A DNA stretch of 64,000 nucleotides, from the NCBI RefSeq assembly GCF_006345805.1, contig NC_043004.1, forward strand, positions 81,220,001 through 81,284,000. Reading direction: 5' to 3'. Of this stretch, positions 1-12,479 are shown piece by piece. The notes under the pieces were generated by a model that saw only the letters and a program-made list of their open reading frames with translations, made no database searches and was not told the DNA's origin. This DNA is from Octopus sinensis. Taxonomy: Eukaryota. The position numbers were made by a program, and so were the translations under genes. Within the stretch, counting starts at the first letter, position 1; each line of letters opens with the position of its first letter.

Positions 1-301
1 CATACACGAACACACCCACCCACGCACATACACAGACACATGCACAGACACACGCAACACACGCATACACACGTACACACATACAGACATAGACACACAC
101 GCACGCACACACGCGCGCGTACACGCACACATACACACATGTATACAAATACGCACACAGACACATATACAGACGTCACCTTAGTGACATCTATACTTGT
201 GCCTTTTGTACATTATTTACATTATTTACATTATTTACATTATTTACATTATTTACATTATTTACATTTGATGGATATTTGTCTTCATCTGGTTTGTTGT
301 T

Positions 302-347
302 AACACAACGTTTTGGCTGATATAGCCTCCAGCCTTCATCAGAAGTC
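302..347 (-). ncRNA. Degenerate hammerhead motif (same family as 511-556)
   Basis: CUGAUGA-A-GGCUG..CAGCC-AAAAC-GUU-GUGUU. G12 is mutated and the 5' strand of stem I has diverged. Confidence 0.5.
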
Positions 348-402
348 TTGTGGAAATTTCGAACCTGGGTTCTCATTCCTAAGGTAATTTTCGATGTTGT
401 TA

Positions 403-455
<53 letters not shown>

Positions 456-510
456 AGCAACATCGCAAAATACCTTAGGAATGAGAACCCAGGTTTGAAA
501 TTTCCCCCAA

Positions 511-556
511 GACACCTGATGAAAGCTGGAGAGTATATCAGCCGAAACGTTGTGTT
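511..556 (+). ncRNA. Minimal type I hammerhead ribozyme motif
   Basis: Stem I GACAC/GUGUU; core CUGAUGA; extra A; stem II (A)GCUG/CAGC(C); GAAAC-GUU, giving a palindromic ACGU stem III of the dimer type. Confidence 0.7.
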
Positions 557-984
557 AACAACAAACAAGATGAGGACAAATATCTGTCAAATGTAAATAA
601 TGTAGATAATGTACAAAATTCCTCATCTCTTAAATATAGAACTGTATTGTGCCTTTTGGTTGTAATTTGGGAATAAGCCACTTTCGTAATTTTTAATTCC
701 CGAGCGGAAGTCAAAACTTATCTGCACTTTTGCCATAACATATCTTTATGTTATAATAAACTATATCCTCTGTATAGATTACATTATAACACGCACTACA
801 AGGCTGAAAACTACGTAAAGCGCTTAACACAACACAAATCCTTCCTTCCAAAACGTTTATGTCATTCTATATTTCTTCAAGATCTTTTTATATGAGTAAT
901 AATTTTTAACTGAAAAAAATCATTCTTCAAATGTATATGTGTTTGTCCATATATCTTTAAATATAAAACTGTAGTTGTGTGAGT

Positions 985-1290
985 GTCTGTCCCCTTCGAT
1001 TTAGATTCCTAACTACTCCCACATTTTGCGATGCAGTTTAACCAAAACCGGGTATCTTATAGTCGTGATTCATATCAAGCCCTTCTGTGTATTAGCGCGC
1101 GTCTACGATGAGTCTACAATTTTAAAAATAATTTAACATCATTTTTTTCCATTTTAACGCATATCTTTTAAATAAAGGGAAGTACCTCTCTAAAAATGTC
1201 TACGATGAGTCAACGATTTAAAAAAAAAATTTACCATAATTTTTTTTCCATTTTTAATGCATTTTTTGCTATTTTTTGGCTATAACTCTC

Positions 1291-1292
<2 letters not shown>
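985..1292. repeat. Interspersed repeat with an internal ~50-bp direct duplication (GTCTACGATGAGTC...)
   Basis: The motif block recurs at ~1102 and ~1198. Family not identified. Confidence 0.4.
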
Positions 1293-1329
<37 letters not shown>

Positions 1330-1521
1330 ATATATATATGTGTATATATAATTTATATATTTGTATATATATATTATATTTTTTATATATATATATTATA
1401 TATAATATATTGGAATTACGAAAGCTTGAGCCAGGCTACTATATATTATATATATATATATAACATATATGTATGTATGTATGTATATATATATATATAT
1501 ATATGTAATTAAAATTTTAAC

Positions 1522-1561
1522 AAAACTGTCCGACGAACGTGAACTCCGAGTAACAGGTTTT
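1522..1561 (+). ncRNA. Degenerate CCGAYGA-core hammerhead motif (stem II partly deleted)
   Basis: AAAACUGU-CCGACGA-ACGU-GAAC-UCCGA-GUA-ACAGGUUUU. Same family as 20738-20783 and 23861-23907. Confidence 0.5.
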
Positions 1562-1715
1562 GTTGAATTTCTGCTGCTTTTATATAAAGTATATATACAC
1601 ATATATATATATATATATATACATATATATACATATATATACAAATATATATATATACATGCATATATATATAGATGTATATATATACACATATACATAT
1701 ACATATATATATACA

Positions 1716-1788
<73 letters not shown>

Positions 1789-2317
1789 GTATATGTATAT
1801 GTGTATATATAATATATATACATCTATACACACATGTTTATGTATGCGTATATATGTGTCGTTTGTATGTATAGGTGTAGGTGTCACATACATAAGACAG
1901 CACGTACATTATAGCAACAACACAAACATTAGCTTAAAGTATTATGGTAATGTAATCCTTAGTGAGTTTCTATAAAGAAAAACAACAAACAAACCTGCTA
2001 TTGATATCTCGTTTCTAAGTTGAGGAAACTGAATTTTAATAGAGCCTAGACTCAATTGTGTGTTTGTTCAACAAGAGGATATGTCGGTAGATAAAGAATT
2101 TAGAAACAAAATCCTTTGCAATGAAAAAGTTAAATATGGAGTCACGGCCAAGCGTATTTAATCTCGTTATGAGATTAGGCCACGTGGTACAACCACATGG
2201 AATGAGGAATGAACCGACTAATTCCACTGTACGTTAGACTTTTTAGGAATCGCTTAATTCTTAGTCCCAATTTGTCGGGTGATAATAACGTAAATTTACT
2301 TATATAAAAACGTACAC

Positions 2318-2470
2318 GTGGGTGCGTTGTAAGAAGTATGATTCTCAATCACATTGTTCCCGGTTCAGTCCCACTGCGTGGCACCTTGGGCGAGTGTCTT
2401 TTACTATAGCCTCGGGCCGACCAAAGCCTTGTGAGTGGATTTGGTAGACGGAAACCGAAAGAAGCCTGTC

Positions 2471-2516
<46 letters not shown>

Positions 2517-2760
2517 ATGTGTGTGTGTGTGTGTGTGTTTGTAAGTGTGTAGCTGTGTGTCTGTGTTTGTTACCCCCATCATCGCTTGACAACCGATTTT
2601 TGTGTGTTTACGTCCCCGTAACTTAGCGGTTAGGCAAAAGAGAATGATAGAGTAATACTAGGCTTACTAAGAATAAGTTCTGGGGTCGATTCGTTCGACT
2701 AAAGGTGGTGCTCCAGCGTAACCGCAGTCAAATGACTGAAACAAGTAAAAGAAATAAGGA
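2318..2760 (+). mobile_element. tRNA-derived SINE, family A (diverged head)
   Basis: B-box-like GGTTCAGTCCC; body GTGTCTTCTACTATAGCCTCGGGCCGACCAAAGCC; internal (TA)n/(TG)n; tail GCAGTCAAATGACTGAAACAAGTAAAAG. Confidence 0.85.
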
Positions 2761-3235
2761 ATATATATAACTGTTTGTGTGTGTGTGTGTGTGTCCCACT
2801 AACGCTTAGTAACCGGTGTTGGTGTGTTTACGTCCCAGTCACTTATGCTTCGGCAACAGCGACCGATAAAATATCTAATAAGCTTTAAAAACATTAGTAC
2901 AGACGTCGAGTTATTTCACTAAAAAAATTTCAAAGCGGTGCTCCAGCATGGCCGCAGTCTAATGACTGAAACACGAAAATGCCAAAAGACAATGGTTGAC
3001 TGGGATGGTGCGTTGCTAATTGTTGTGCTCACAGTTGTTAGTTTGTGGGCTCGATAGACCTTGGCACAGGGTCAGTAGTTTTTGAAGGGGGGCGAAAAGT
3101 CAAAGTCGACCTCGGTGGAATTTGATTTCGGAACGTTATGATGGACAAAATGCCGCTAATCATTCAGCCCGGTGTGCTGAGAGTTTTGCCACATCGCCAA
3201 CTTCATAACAATAATAATAATAATAATAATAAAAA

Positions 3236-3313
<78 letters not shown>

Positions 3314-3349
3314 TGATGATGATGATGATAAAAATAATAATAATAATAA

Positions 3350-3551
3350 TGGTTTCAAATTTTGTCATTTTGGGGAAGGGGATGAGTCGATTACATCGAC
3401 CCCAGTGTCCCATTGGTATTTAATTTATCGACCCCGAAAGGATGAAAGGCAAAGTCGACCTCGGTGGAATTTGAACTCAGAACGTAACGGCAGACGAAAT
3501 ATTGCTAAGCATTTCGTCCGGTGCACTAACGAATCTGCCAGCTCGCCGCCT
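3350..3551 (-). mobile_element. tRNA-derived SINE, family B (Meta-domain-like)
   Basis: Reverse complement of GGCGGCGAGCTGGCAG..GAGTTCAAATTCC..GGTCGACTTTGCCTTTCATCCTTTCGGGGTCGATAAA; flanked by (AAT)n. Confidence 0.85.
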
Positions 3552-3583
3552 CAATAATTATAATAATAATAATAATAATAATA

Positions 3584-3640
<57 letters not shown>

Positions 3641-3645
<5 letters not shown>

Positions 3646-4197
3646 GCCCTGATGCAGTACCAGGCAGTGGCTCTCATGCTTCTGATCTTAACTGATTGGA
3701 AGTGTTATCATGTACATTGTTTTGTCTTGGTATAAAAGATGGGCTACAGCAAATATTCTGCTCAATACACAGATTTGCTTGTCAGTTGTTTGACCTTAAC
3801 CAGTTGAGCATGTCCCTTAGTGGCTGACGATATGTGCATCTCTGATCATGAGCAGAAGTAGTGGGGGAGCATCATAGCCATGTGTTGAGAGGGATTCTTT
3901 TGGGGTTTGAATAATCACCTCTGGAAACATGGGTGTTTCGTTCAACGTCCTTAAACAACCCTTATTCGAGGACCTTTTGAGCGGGATGGGTTACTCGATC
4001 TGAAGAAAATTCTAACTGGGCCCCACCTGCAAGGTCATGTGCTGCTTATCTTGATATGAGATCACCATGTCGCGCACATATGGTTGTGATGCATGTGCCT
4101 GGTGTACCCTTATCAGACGGGTAGTCATGATGGGTATACTGGGCTTCGTATATTTTACCCCAGTGTCACTTTGATGGCATGCTCTGCTCGCTCACTC
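3641..4197. mobile_element. ~555-bp non-coding interspersed element flanked by (TAA)n on both sides
   Basis: Complex sequence between two (AAT)n tracts. Its end (GTCACTTTGATGG..GC..TCACTCAATAATAA) recurs at ~44575-44612. Confidence 0.6.
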
Positions 4198-4227
4198 AAT
4201 AATATAATAATAATAATAATATTCGAT

Positions 4228-4510
4228 AAGGAAGAATAGAAAAGTCGAGAGATATGACAGGTTAGCTTGGGAAGTTAAGCAGTTGTGGTTGATGAAAAAG
4301 GTAGCAGTAGCACCAATAATTGTTGGAACCCTAGGAATAGTGAGCAAAAATCTCGAGAAGTACGTGGAACAAATAGGGGCTGCAATAAGGGTGGAGCACT
4401 TGTAGAAAACAGCACTGTTTGGAACCGCTCTAATGCTCCGGAAGGTGCTCGAAAAATAAGAGCCATACATCAAAAGCTGTCCTTTTAGCATGCCTGTGTC
4501 TAGCACCATT
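4228..4510 (+). mobile_element. 3' fragment of an R4/Dong-type (RLE) LINE
   Basis: Translates to EKVERYDRLAWEVKQLW..PIIVGTLGIVSKNLEKY..KTALFGTALMLRKVL, the typical RLE C-terminus; contains a stop; follows (TAA)n. Confidence 0.7.
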
Positions 4511-4583
4511 TAATTACGCGGATGATCGAATAAATTCGCTACTCCTTGCGCGCGCGCGCGCGCGCGTGTGTGTGTGTGCACGC

Positions 4584-4615
<32 letters not shown>

Positions 4616-4937
4616 ATATTAGAGAAATAGAAATGGACCAGTATATTAATATACCCATCAGTCACGCAAACACGTTCACCTTTACATAGCATACAGACAT
4701 ACAGTTACACACACATGTACGAGCACACACACGCTCACACACAGACACATACACACACGCACTCACAGATGCATAGGCACATTAATACAAACAGAAAACA
4801 ATCACACACATACATAGGTACACAGACACACACACACACCACACACACACATATATATTATATATATATATATATAATAGATATATATAAATATCTGTCA
4901 ATAGATGTGTGCGTGCGTGTGCGTAGGTTGTGTATGT

Positions 4938-5037
4938 NNNNNNNNNNNNNNNNNNNNNNNNNNNNNNNNNNNNNNNNNNNNNNNNNNNNNNNNNNNNNNN
5001 NNNNNNNNNNNNNNNNNNNNNNNNNNNNNNNNNNNNN
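4938..5037. other. Assembly gap (100 N)
   Basis: Run of N. Confidence 0.99.
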
Positions 5038-5187
5038 TAAAATATAAAATATCACTTATTATTATTAAGTTTGAAAACGAAGAGATCCAATGCATGCAAA
5101 TAAATTTATTCACCTACAATTGTTTCACTTTGCATCAAATTTAAATGACATAACATAAATTTTGAACTGTAAACATATATATTAATG

Positions 5188-5336
5188 CAGTAAATTCCTC
5201 GAGATATCGTGGTTCAATTATCGCGGTTCACCTATCATGATTCACCTATCTCGCGCTTTATTATTTAAGTTTACGTCGATTCCTCCCTGGTGTTTTTAGC
5301 ATATATAATAATGATGATATGATGATGATGATGATG

Positions 5337-5421
<85 letters not shown>

Positions 5422-5600
5422 GAACAACAACAAAAACAACAATTATAAATATCAATAATAATAATAACAATAATAATCATAATCATAATCATAATAATGA
5501 TGATAATAATAAAAGAAAACAATTTCTAAAAATAATCGCGAATTTTCACCTATCGCGGGGCTCTTGGAACGTAACACCCGCGATAGTCGATGGATTACTG
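5188..5600 (+). mobile_element. pogo/Tigger-like MITE expanded by an internal triplet microsatellite
   Basis: Ends CAGTAAATTCCTCG / CGATGGATTACTG+TA; same family as 8680-8897. Confidence 0.65.
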
Positions 5601-5689
5601 TAGATATATTGTAGTTTAAACTCGATGCGAAATGAAACAGCTGTAGGTAGAGATGTGAACTATATATATATATATATATATATATTTAC

Positions 5690-5728
<39 letters not shown>

Positions 5729-5986
5729 AACAGAGAGAGTGAGAGAGAGAGAAAGAGAAAGAGAGGCCGCCAGAAAAAATGTATATACACTTGAGGAAAG
5801 AAAAAATCTCTAGAAATATTTAATTTGCGTAAGTACCTCTAGAAATATAAATATAAATACCACTTCCAATACAGTTCTATAAGAGATGAGGAATTATGTA
5901 CGTTATTTACATTATTTACATTTGATGGATATTTGTCCTCGTCTTGTTTGTTGTTAAAACAACGTTTCGGCTGATATACCCTCAAG

Positions 5987-6136
5987 CTATGCTGTAGCAC
6001 CACCTTTAGTCGAACAAATCGATCCCCTTTGTATCTATCGATCAGTTTTAGCGAACCACTAAGTTACAGGGGCGTTGATACACCAACATCGGTTGTCAAG
6101 CGATGCTGGGTGGACAAACACACACACACACACACA

Positions 6137-6177
<41 letters not shown>

Positions 6178-6340
6178 CGACGGGCTTCTCTCAATTTCCG
6201 TCTACCAAATCCACTCATAAGGCTTTGGTCGGCCCGAGGCTATAGTAGATGACACTTGCGTGAGGTGCCACGCAGTGGGACTGAACCCGGAACCATATGG
6301 TTGGTAAGCAAGCTACGTACCACACAGCCACTCCTGCGCC
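5987..6340 (-). mobile_element. SINE family A
   Basis: Reverse complement of head GGCGCAGGAGTGGCTGTGTGGTA..GGTTCAGTCCC and body. Confidence 0.85.
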
Positions 6341-8679
6341 TATATATATATATATATATATATTAGAAGCAACGGAGCGCCTCAAGGGTCGATAATTTCG
6401 TGCATTTATATATATCTATGTGTCTGTCTGCGTTTGACCTCCAGTAGGCCACTTGAGAACCGGTGTTATTTTGTTATCGTCCCGTAACTTTTGCAGTTCG
6501 GCAAACGTGACGAATAGAATAAGTAGCAGGCTTAGAAACAAATGTTGATCAGTTGTACTAGAAACTCTGCAAGACGGTGCTCTAACATGGCCGCAGTCTG
6601 ATGGCTGAAACGGCAGGTAAAAGACAAAAAACAAAAGCCGTATATACATATATAAATATATAGTGTAATAAATAAAATATATGTATACATACATATATGT
6701 ACGTACCTACATCTACATGTATATATACATGCATATATAAATATATATATGTGAGTACAGGACACCACAAATAGACGTAGAACTCAACGAGAAACGAAAA
6801 CGGAAAAACAAGCATGGAACAAACCATTCTTTTACAACGGGGGCACACGCGTATGTATGGAGGGCATATTGTTACTGAAGTTGCTGACGGCGTGGTAACG
6901 ATTCTGCCAGCTCATCGCCCTTGGTTTCAAATTTTGGCGCAAGGTACGCAATTTCGGGAAAGAGGATGACTCGATTACATCAATCCCAGTGCTCAGCTGG
7001 CATTTCAATTATCGATCCCGAAAAGATGAAAGGCAAATTCGACCTCAGTAGAATTTGAACTGAGAACATAACATAAATACGGACGGAAAGTCTCTAAGCA
7101 TGCTAGCGATTCTGCCAGTGTTTGAGCCCAATTTTGGGCCAATGAATTTTGTATCATTCAAATACGAATCAAAAAAATGAGAATTCGACATTTCTGTCGA
7201 TTAAACAATCGTTTTCGCGCTAAAATCAAAACTCAATCATTTCTTGATTCATGCAGATCACAACATATACCTGAAGGTCTTACATCAAATAAACCAGTGT
7301 CTGCATCACAGCCTGACGATTCATTGCTTCGAAAGTTTAAATTCATTTCGCATAATAGACGCAGTTATTGGACAATATGTTAGCTCAAATCTAACGTCGC
7401 TTGGTGCATTAAGAAGAATTTGGGTAACCCTGAACAGGTATGTTCTAATAGTCATTTCAGTTATTTGTGTAATTATCAGAAGAACTTTAAGAAGAAAAAA
7501 AAATGGAAATTTCATCCCTGATGATAAAAAAGAGGAAAAGAAACTGAAAAAGCTGATTTCTCATTCCTCTGATTCAGTGGGCAAGAGAACATTTTGGTTG
7601 AGAACGTTTGATTTGAAATATGAGGAGAAGTCATTTTTACTTTCGGGACAAATTTTATGTGACAAACTTTTTGATGCCGGGTTGAAACAACCTACCATTT
7701 TTTCTCACTCAGTATTTCTAACGTACACTCCACACCATACATTGTGCATCCATCACACCAAAACCAATCATTTCATTTTATCGACCAATTTCTTTCGGAG
7801 ATGCCTCTGTTTATAATAGTTTAAACGTCAGTATCACAAGAACTAACCGCACAGATAACAAAGCTGTACTCGACACAAACAAACAATCAAACAAACAAAC
7901 AAACATAATTCCTACAGTTCAACAAGTTCAAATTTCTAATCCCCATGTTGGCGCATATGATTGTGGTCTTTTTACCCCGACATGCGCATTTGAACACAGG
8001 AAACTCTCTAGAGAAGTTTTTATTTGATCAACCAAAAAGCGAACAGATTTAAAAAATTTTCTTAAGAACAATAAATCTCTGAACGAGGTATAAACAGTAA
8101 CTGCACGACAATGTGAGGTATATTTGCCATCTCAATATGGCTAACCACTAAGGGTGAGAATTACTGTAGCTTGTAGCCCCAGAACATCTCCTCCAGCTGG
8201 CTATAGGCACACTTTCTGTGCCCTATCGGTATTTGCAAAGGGAGGTCATCCTTCCCTCGTCAACCTAAGTGATACGCACGGACTGCAGTTTCTGGGTATT
8301 GACCCGTCATCAGCGTACGACAATCACCGGTTTTCGATGAAAGGAGTTCCAAATGCAAATATTTATATCCTTTCCCGAAAGTAAAAGTTTTTCAAATGCC
8401 AACAAAATCCAAAGAAGTCACTCACTTTTTATCATCCATCCAGAAATGGATTACTCCTAGAAAAACGACTAAAGGTTATGATTTCTCGCATAAACATTTA
8501 AAACTACTTTTACCACCCAATAACTTCCACGCTTTAAGTGAAGAATTCTACCAAAAATCAAAAGATAGTCAGAAATTAAATCGAAGTAAAACTGTGAAAA
8601 ACACTTGCTCAAGAAAATCCATCACACTAGAGAATAAGTCGGTCGTAAATTTATCTAAGCTAAAACTTTCACCAGGCTA

Positions 8680-8897
8680 CAGTAATCCCTCGCCATATCA
8701 CGGTTCACCTATCGCGGTTTATTTAAGCTTACGTCGGTTCCACCGTGGTGTTGTTTTGCATTTATAATAAAATAAATATATGCAAATTATAAAAATTATT
8801 AAAAAATATACAGTACAGTACATTTTCTACTTCACGGGTTTTCATGTATCGCGAGAGGATTTGGAACGTAACACCCACGATAGTCGAGGTATTACTG
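8680..8897 (+). mobile_element. pogo/Tigger-like MITE, 218 bp, TA target duplication, inserted in the PLE ORF
   Basis: TIRs CAGTAATCCCTCG / CGAGGTATTACTG with TA on both sides. Removing it rejoins ..KLSPGY-ISVLEVGLSF.. Confidence 0.85.
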
Positions 8898-11325
8898 TAT
8901 ATCTCTGTCTTAGAGGTTGGACTGAGTTTCTGCCCAAGCACTTAGAATTTCGACAAGAATAAACTAGCTCAAGGGTTATTTCAGTTTGTCCGCCGTCACA
9001 AGCTTAGGGAATATTTTAAAAAAATGATGTTTATTGAAAATGATGACGATCGAATCTAGCATAATTGGATTGAAACGAATTCCAATTGGTATCCGGCTAT
9101 AGTTCGAGATGGACATTTACAAGCACTGCTGGAATTTCTTGAATCTTGTCAGACAGGCATTAGGGAAAGCTTTAAAACAAGTAGAAAAACATCCAGTAAT
9201 AGTCTCACAAATTCCCAGCGTTACTCACTTCGTCGTCTTCCTAATAAGGATTCTATTGTTACTAAAATGACAGATAAGGGAGGTGCTATTGTAATTATGG
9301 ATAAGAGGGAGTATATTTTCGGCTTTTGAGTATATTTTGGCTTGCATAACAAAACTTCATATGAAGAATTACCTGTCGATCCACAAACCCCAATTGCAGA
9401 GAGGAACTTGACAAAGTAATTCTGGAAATGGGAGAAAACAATTTCGCTAATAAGACTGAATCCAAGATTTTATGGTCAGAACAAAAAACACCTGTATTTT
9501 ATGGTCTCCCTAAAATACACAAAATGTCCGAAAAATTTCCTCCAATGCAATCAATGTGCAGCGAATATGAATGTTGTACATCCAAGATTTCGGAATGGCT
9601 GGTTGGCTTCCTACTCCCTGTCGCAAAAAGATCAAGTTCCTATATTCAGGATATTTTTGATTTTGCGTCCAAATTTAACAACTTTTCTAAGTACCGAATT
9701 AGTGTCGAAAACTGTTTTTTGGTAACCATGGATATTTCTTTACTATATCCCAATATTGGCCACGATGAAAGGGTAGAAGCATGCATGAACGCCTTCGAAA
9801 AAACGGTCAAACAAAAGTATTCAATCTAATTTTCTCTGTAAGTTATTGTATTTGTGTCACAAATTAACACAATGAAGTTTGGACAAAACTCAACGTTAGA
9901 TTTTGAAAAACTAGCCGTAAAATTTTATTTTGGACTTAAAGCCATAGTTTATAGACTAGACGTGGGGTTGCGCCATGGGTACCCTTATGGCAGTGAATTT
10001 CGCTTATGTTTTCATGACGAAATTTCAGACACAGTTACCGAAGACATTCAAATCCCTGCATGGACACGAACCATGTTCTGATTCATCGACGACGTCTTTT
10101 TTGTCTGGCAAGGATCACAGGACAGTCTAATTAACTTCTTGCATTTCTCTTACGCTAAAAACTATGGCTTTAAGTCCAAAATAAAATTTACGGCTAGTTT
10201 TTCAAAACCTAACGTTGGGTTTTTGGACACAAAAGTCAAGTTTTGTGTCAGAATAGTGACAGAATTATTTTGCAAGCCCACGTCATCTCACATTTACCTT
10301 CACCGCCGCTCCGATCATCCTTATCATATAATTCACTCAAACCCGAAATCTCAATTTTTGAGGATAAAATGGATTTGTACAGATATAGAGGATTTCTGGA
10401 ATCATGCAAATGCTTTTGTACCCTATTATGTCAAATGCAGTTTGAGTGAACCACGATTAAAGGAAATCGCAATTGACATAGCTGAGATTAGCAAGGGAAG
10501 TCAAATATCCACGCATAATTTTAGCAACCAAGATAAAATTGGATAGAATTCTTTTGGCGATTAACTGGCATCAAAATTTCGCTGGCATTTCAAAAGTATC
10601 ACATAAAAGTTACCAGCATTTTGCAGAAAAATAACCTCGTTTTAAACAAATGTTCCCTCAGCCGCCATTTATAGCCTTCAGGCAGAATAACAATATAAGA
10701 CAAGTCTCAGCCTTTAAATCCAAGAAGACTACCGTTGGAGTTGCTGAACGCTGCACCTTGAAAAACAGCCACAAGAGAGGTAAGTCTTGTTCGTGGTGTG
10801 AAAACATGATTCAAGTCAATTTTATCATGAATCATAACAGAAATGTTGATTTATACGGAAGGCGGGACGTGTAAAGATTTCCTTAATTTGATTTACGTTG
10901 GTTGTACAACAGAACAATTAAAGAAAAGATTCAATGGGCACAGATATGGCATCAGGCAAAATAGCTGTAGTTTGACAGGACTTGTCGAACATTTTACATC
11001 AAACGGCTGCGATTTTGAGGAACACCTGAAAGTACACCTTCTCAGAAAATATTCTGAGTCTGCTACACTTTCAGTCCTCAAAATGCACGAGGACAAATAT
11101 ATTTGTGAATTACTAACATCACTCTCTGGAGGAATGGAAAAATGTCAGGTGAATTTCATCACATCTACACAAAACTGTTTAACTAAATATTCTTTTTCTT
11201 TCTTTTTCCTTTTACCAGTTATGTAAGTGGAAGCTGATGATGTCATTCTATCAAAATAAGAACGCAGGATTTCCTCGTCTATATTTTGAATTTCTGTTTC
11301 TGCTGTTGTTTTTATTTTTTTACAT

Positions 11326-11370
11326 TTTGAACTTGAAGAAGACAGACGATCTATCGAAATGTCGTTCAAA
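11326..11370 (+). ncRNA. Fossil hammerhead ribozyme in the PLE 3' UTR
   Basis: 7-bp stem I UUUGAAC/GUUCAAA; UUGAAGA (C3U); extra A; GACAG-ACGAU-CUAUC; GAAAU-GUC. Confidence 0.65.
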
Positions 11371-11454
11371 CCGTTAAATAAACAATCTATTACAAATGGC
11401 ATCACGCTTTTTTTATTATGTCAATCTTTATAAAATAAACAACAACAACAACAA

Positions 11455-11662
11455 CAATCCTTTCTATTAAAGGCACTAGGCCTGAAATTTTTGGGGAGGG
11501 AACTGGGCCATTATACCGACCCCGGTATTTCACAGGTACTTAATTTAACGATCCCCAAAAGGTTGAAAGGCAAGGCAACCTCAACTGAATTTGAACTCAG
11601 GACGTAAAGGCAGACGCCGTGTCGCTAAGCGCTTTGTCCGGCGTGCTAACGGTTCTACCAGC
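11455..11662 (-). mobile_element. SINE family B (diverged)
   Basis: Reverse complement of B-box GAGTTCAAATTC and the Meta-like core. Confidence 0.75.
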
Positions 11663-11970
11663 ACTTCTAAAAAGAACCTGACTTACACATACCCACATAC
11701 ACATACTGGTATATGCATAGATATGAATCGTAGATGTGACGATGATGCTCCGGGTACCTGATGCGTAAGGTTTTGTATTTGTATCTATTTGTGAATATAC
11801 CATTGTGCTTTATAATTCTGCGTATACTTATGAATGCGGACGTGTGTGTATAATTTTGCATACCGAAATTAATATTTTTATATGTAAAAGTTACGAAAGA
11901 GCTGTAACCATATTGAAGTCGTATTGAAAAATAAATCTACATTAATTTGTCACACCTGTTTTTATATACA

Positions 11971-12120
11971 CATCATCATCATCATTGTTCGACCGTGATC
12001 GAGACAATGGAATTTACCATGCTACGCCAGACTTCACGGTCCATCGTGGCATTACGGAGGTCCTGTTGCTGGATGCCTGTATCCCTGGAGATTACATCAG
12101 GGATTAATCTCCAGGGATAC
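11971..12120 (-). mobile_element. RTE-clade LINE 3' end fragment with (GAT)n tail and 5' fold-back
   Basis: Translates to ..DLRNATMDREVWRSMVNSI..*, the typical RTE C-terminus, followed by TGATGATG. A 16-bp inverted repeat spans 12079-12120. Confidence 0.65.
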
Positions 12121-12135
12121 ACATATACACATACA

Positions 12136-12181
<46 letters not shown>

Positions 12182-12326
12182 ATATGTGTGTGTGTGTGTA
12201 TCTATATATACACACATATATATATATATATGGTGAGAATTTACAAAAAAAAAACAACAAAAGATGAAGACGGGGGTGTAAACAACAAACAGATGTATTT
12301 GTTTAACGCTCAGGAAGTGAGAAAGT

Positions 12327-12362
12327 CTTTTACGTTTCGAGCCTACGCTCTTCGACAGAAAG
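12327..12362 (-). ncRNA. Minimal HHR-like motif with CUGUCGA core
   Basis: CUUU-CUGUCGA-A-GAGC-GUAG-GCUC-GAAAC-GUA-AAAG, in a (TA)n-flanked ~160-bp element (12235-12400). Confidence 0.6.
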
Positions 12363-12479
12363 GAACATAGAAATAAATAGGGAGAGAAAGAATGTATATA
12401 TGCGCATTTATATATATATATGTCTGTGTGTGTGTATGTACATACATACATACATACATACATTCACATATATATATAT

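Larger units (their letters stand above)
204..618. mobile_element. Head-to-head pair of a short HHR-bearing non-autonomous element (PLE-derived), separated by (ATT)n
   Basis: 204-399 is the reverse complement of 458-618 (AACATCG..TACCTTAGGAATGAGAACCCAGGTT..GATGAAGGCTGG..TGTACAAAA). The left arm has an expanded (TACATTATT)n 9-mer. A partial third copy lies at ~5860-5985 (-). Confidence 0.8.
7170..11430 (+). mobile_element. Degraded Penelope-like retroelement (RT + GIY-YIG) interrupted by later insertions
   Basis: Collinear motifs across frames: FLDSC..IPEGL; VVNLSKLKLS|SVLEVGLSFCP..KLREYF; TDKGGAIVIMDK; FYGLPKIHK; DISLLYPNI; AMGT; FIDDVF; FLDT..KPTSSHIYL..SDHP; LIYVGCTTEQLKKRFNGHR. Many stops and frameshifts. 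The 3' UTR carries an HHR relic and ends in (AAC)n. Confidence 0.85.

Noticed and set aside
209-268. CRISPR-like short direct repeats
   Set aside because: Spacer-less 9-mer tandem in a eukaryotic repeat.
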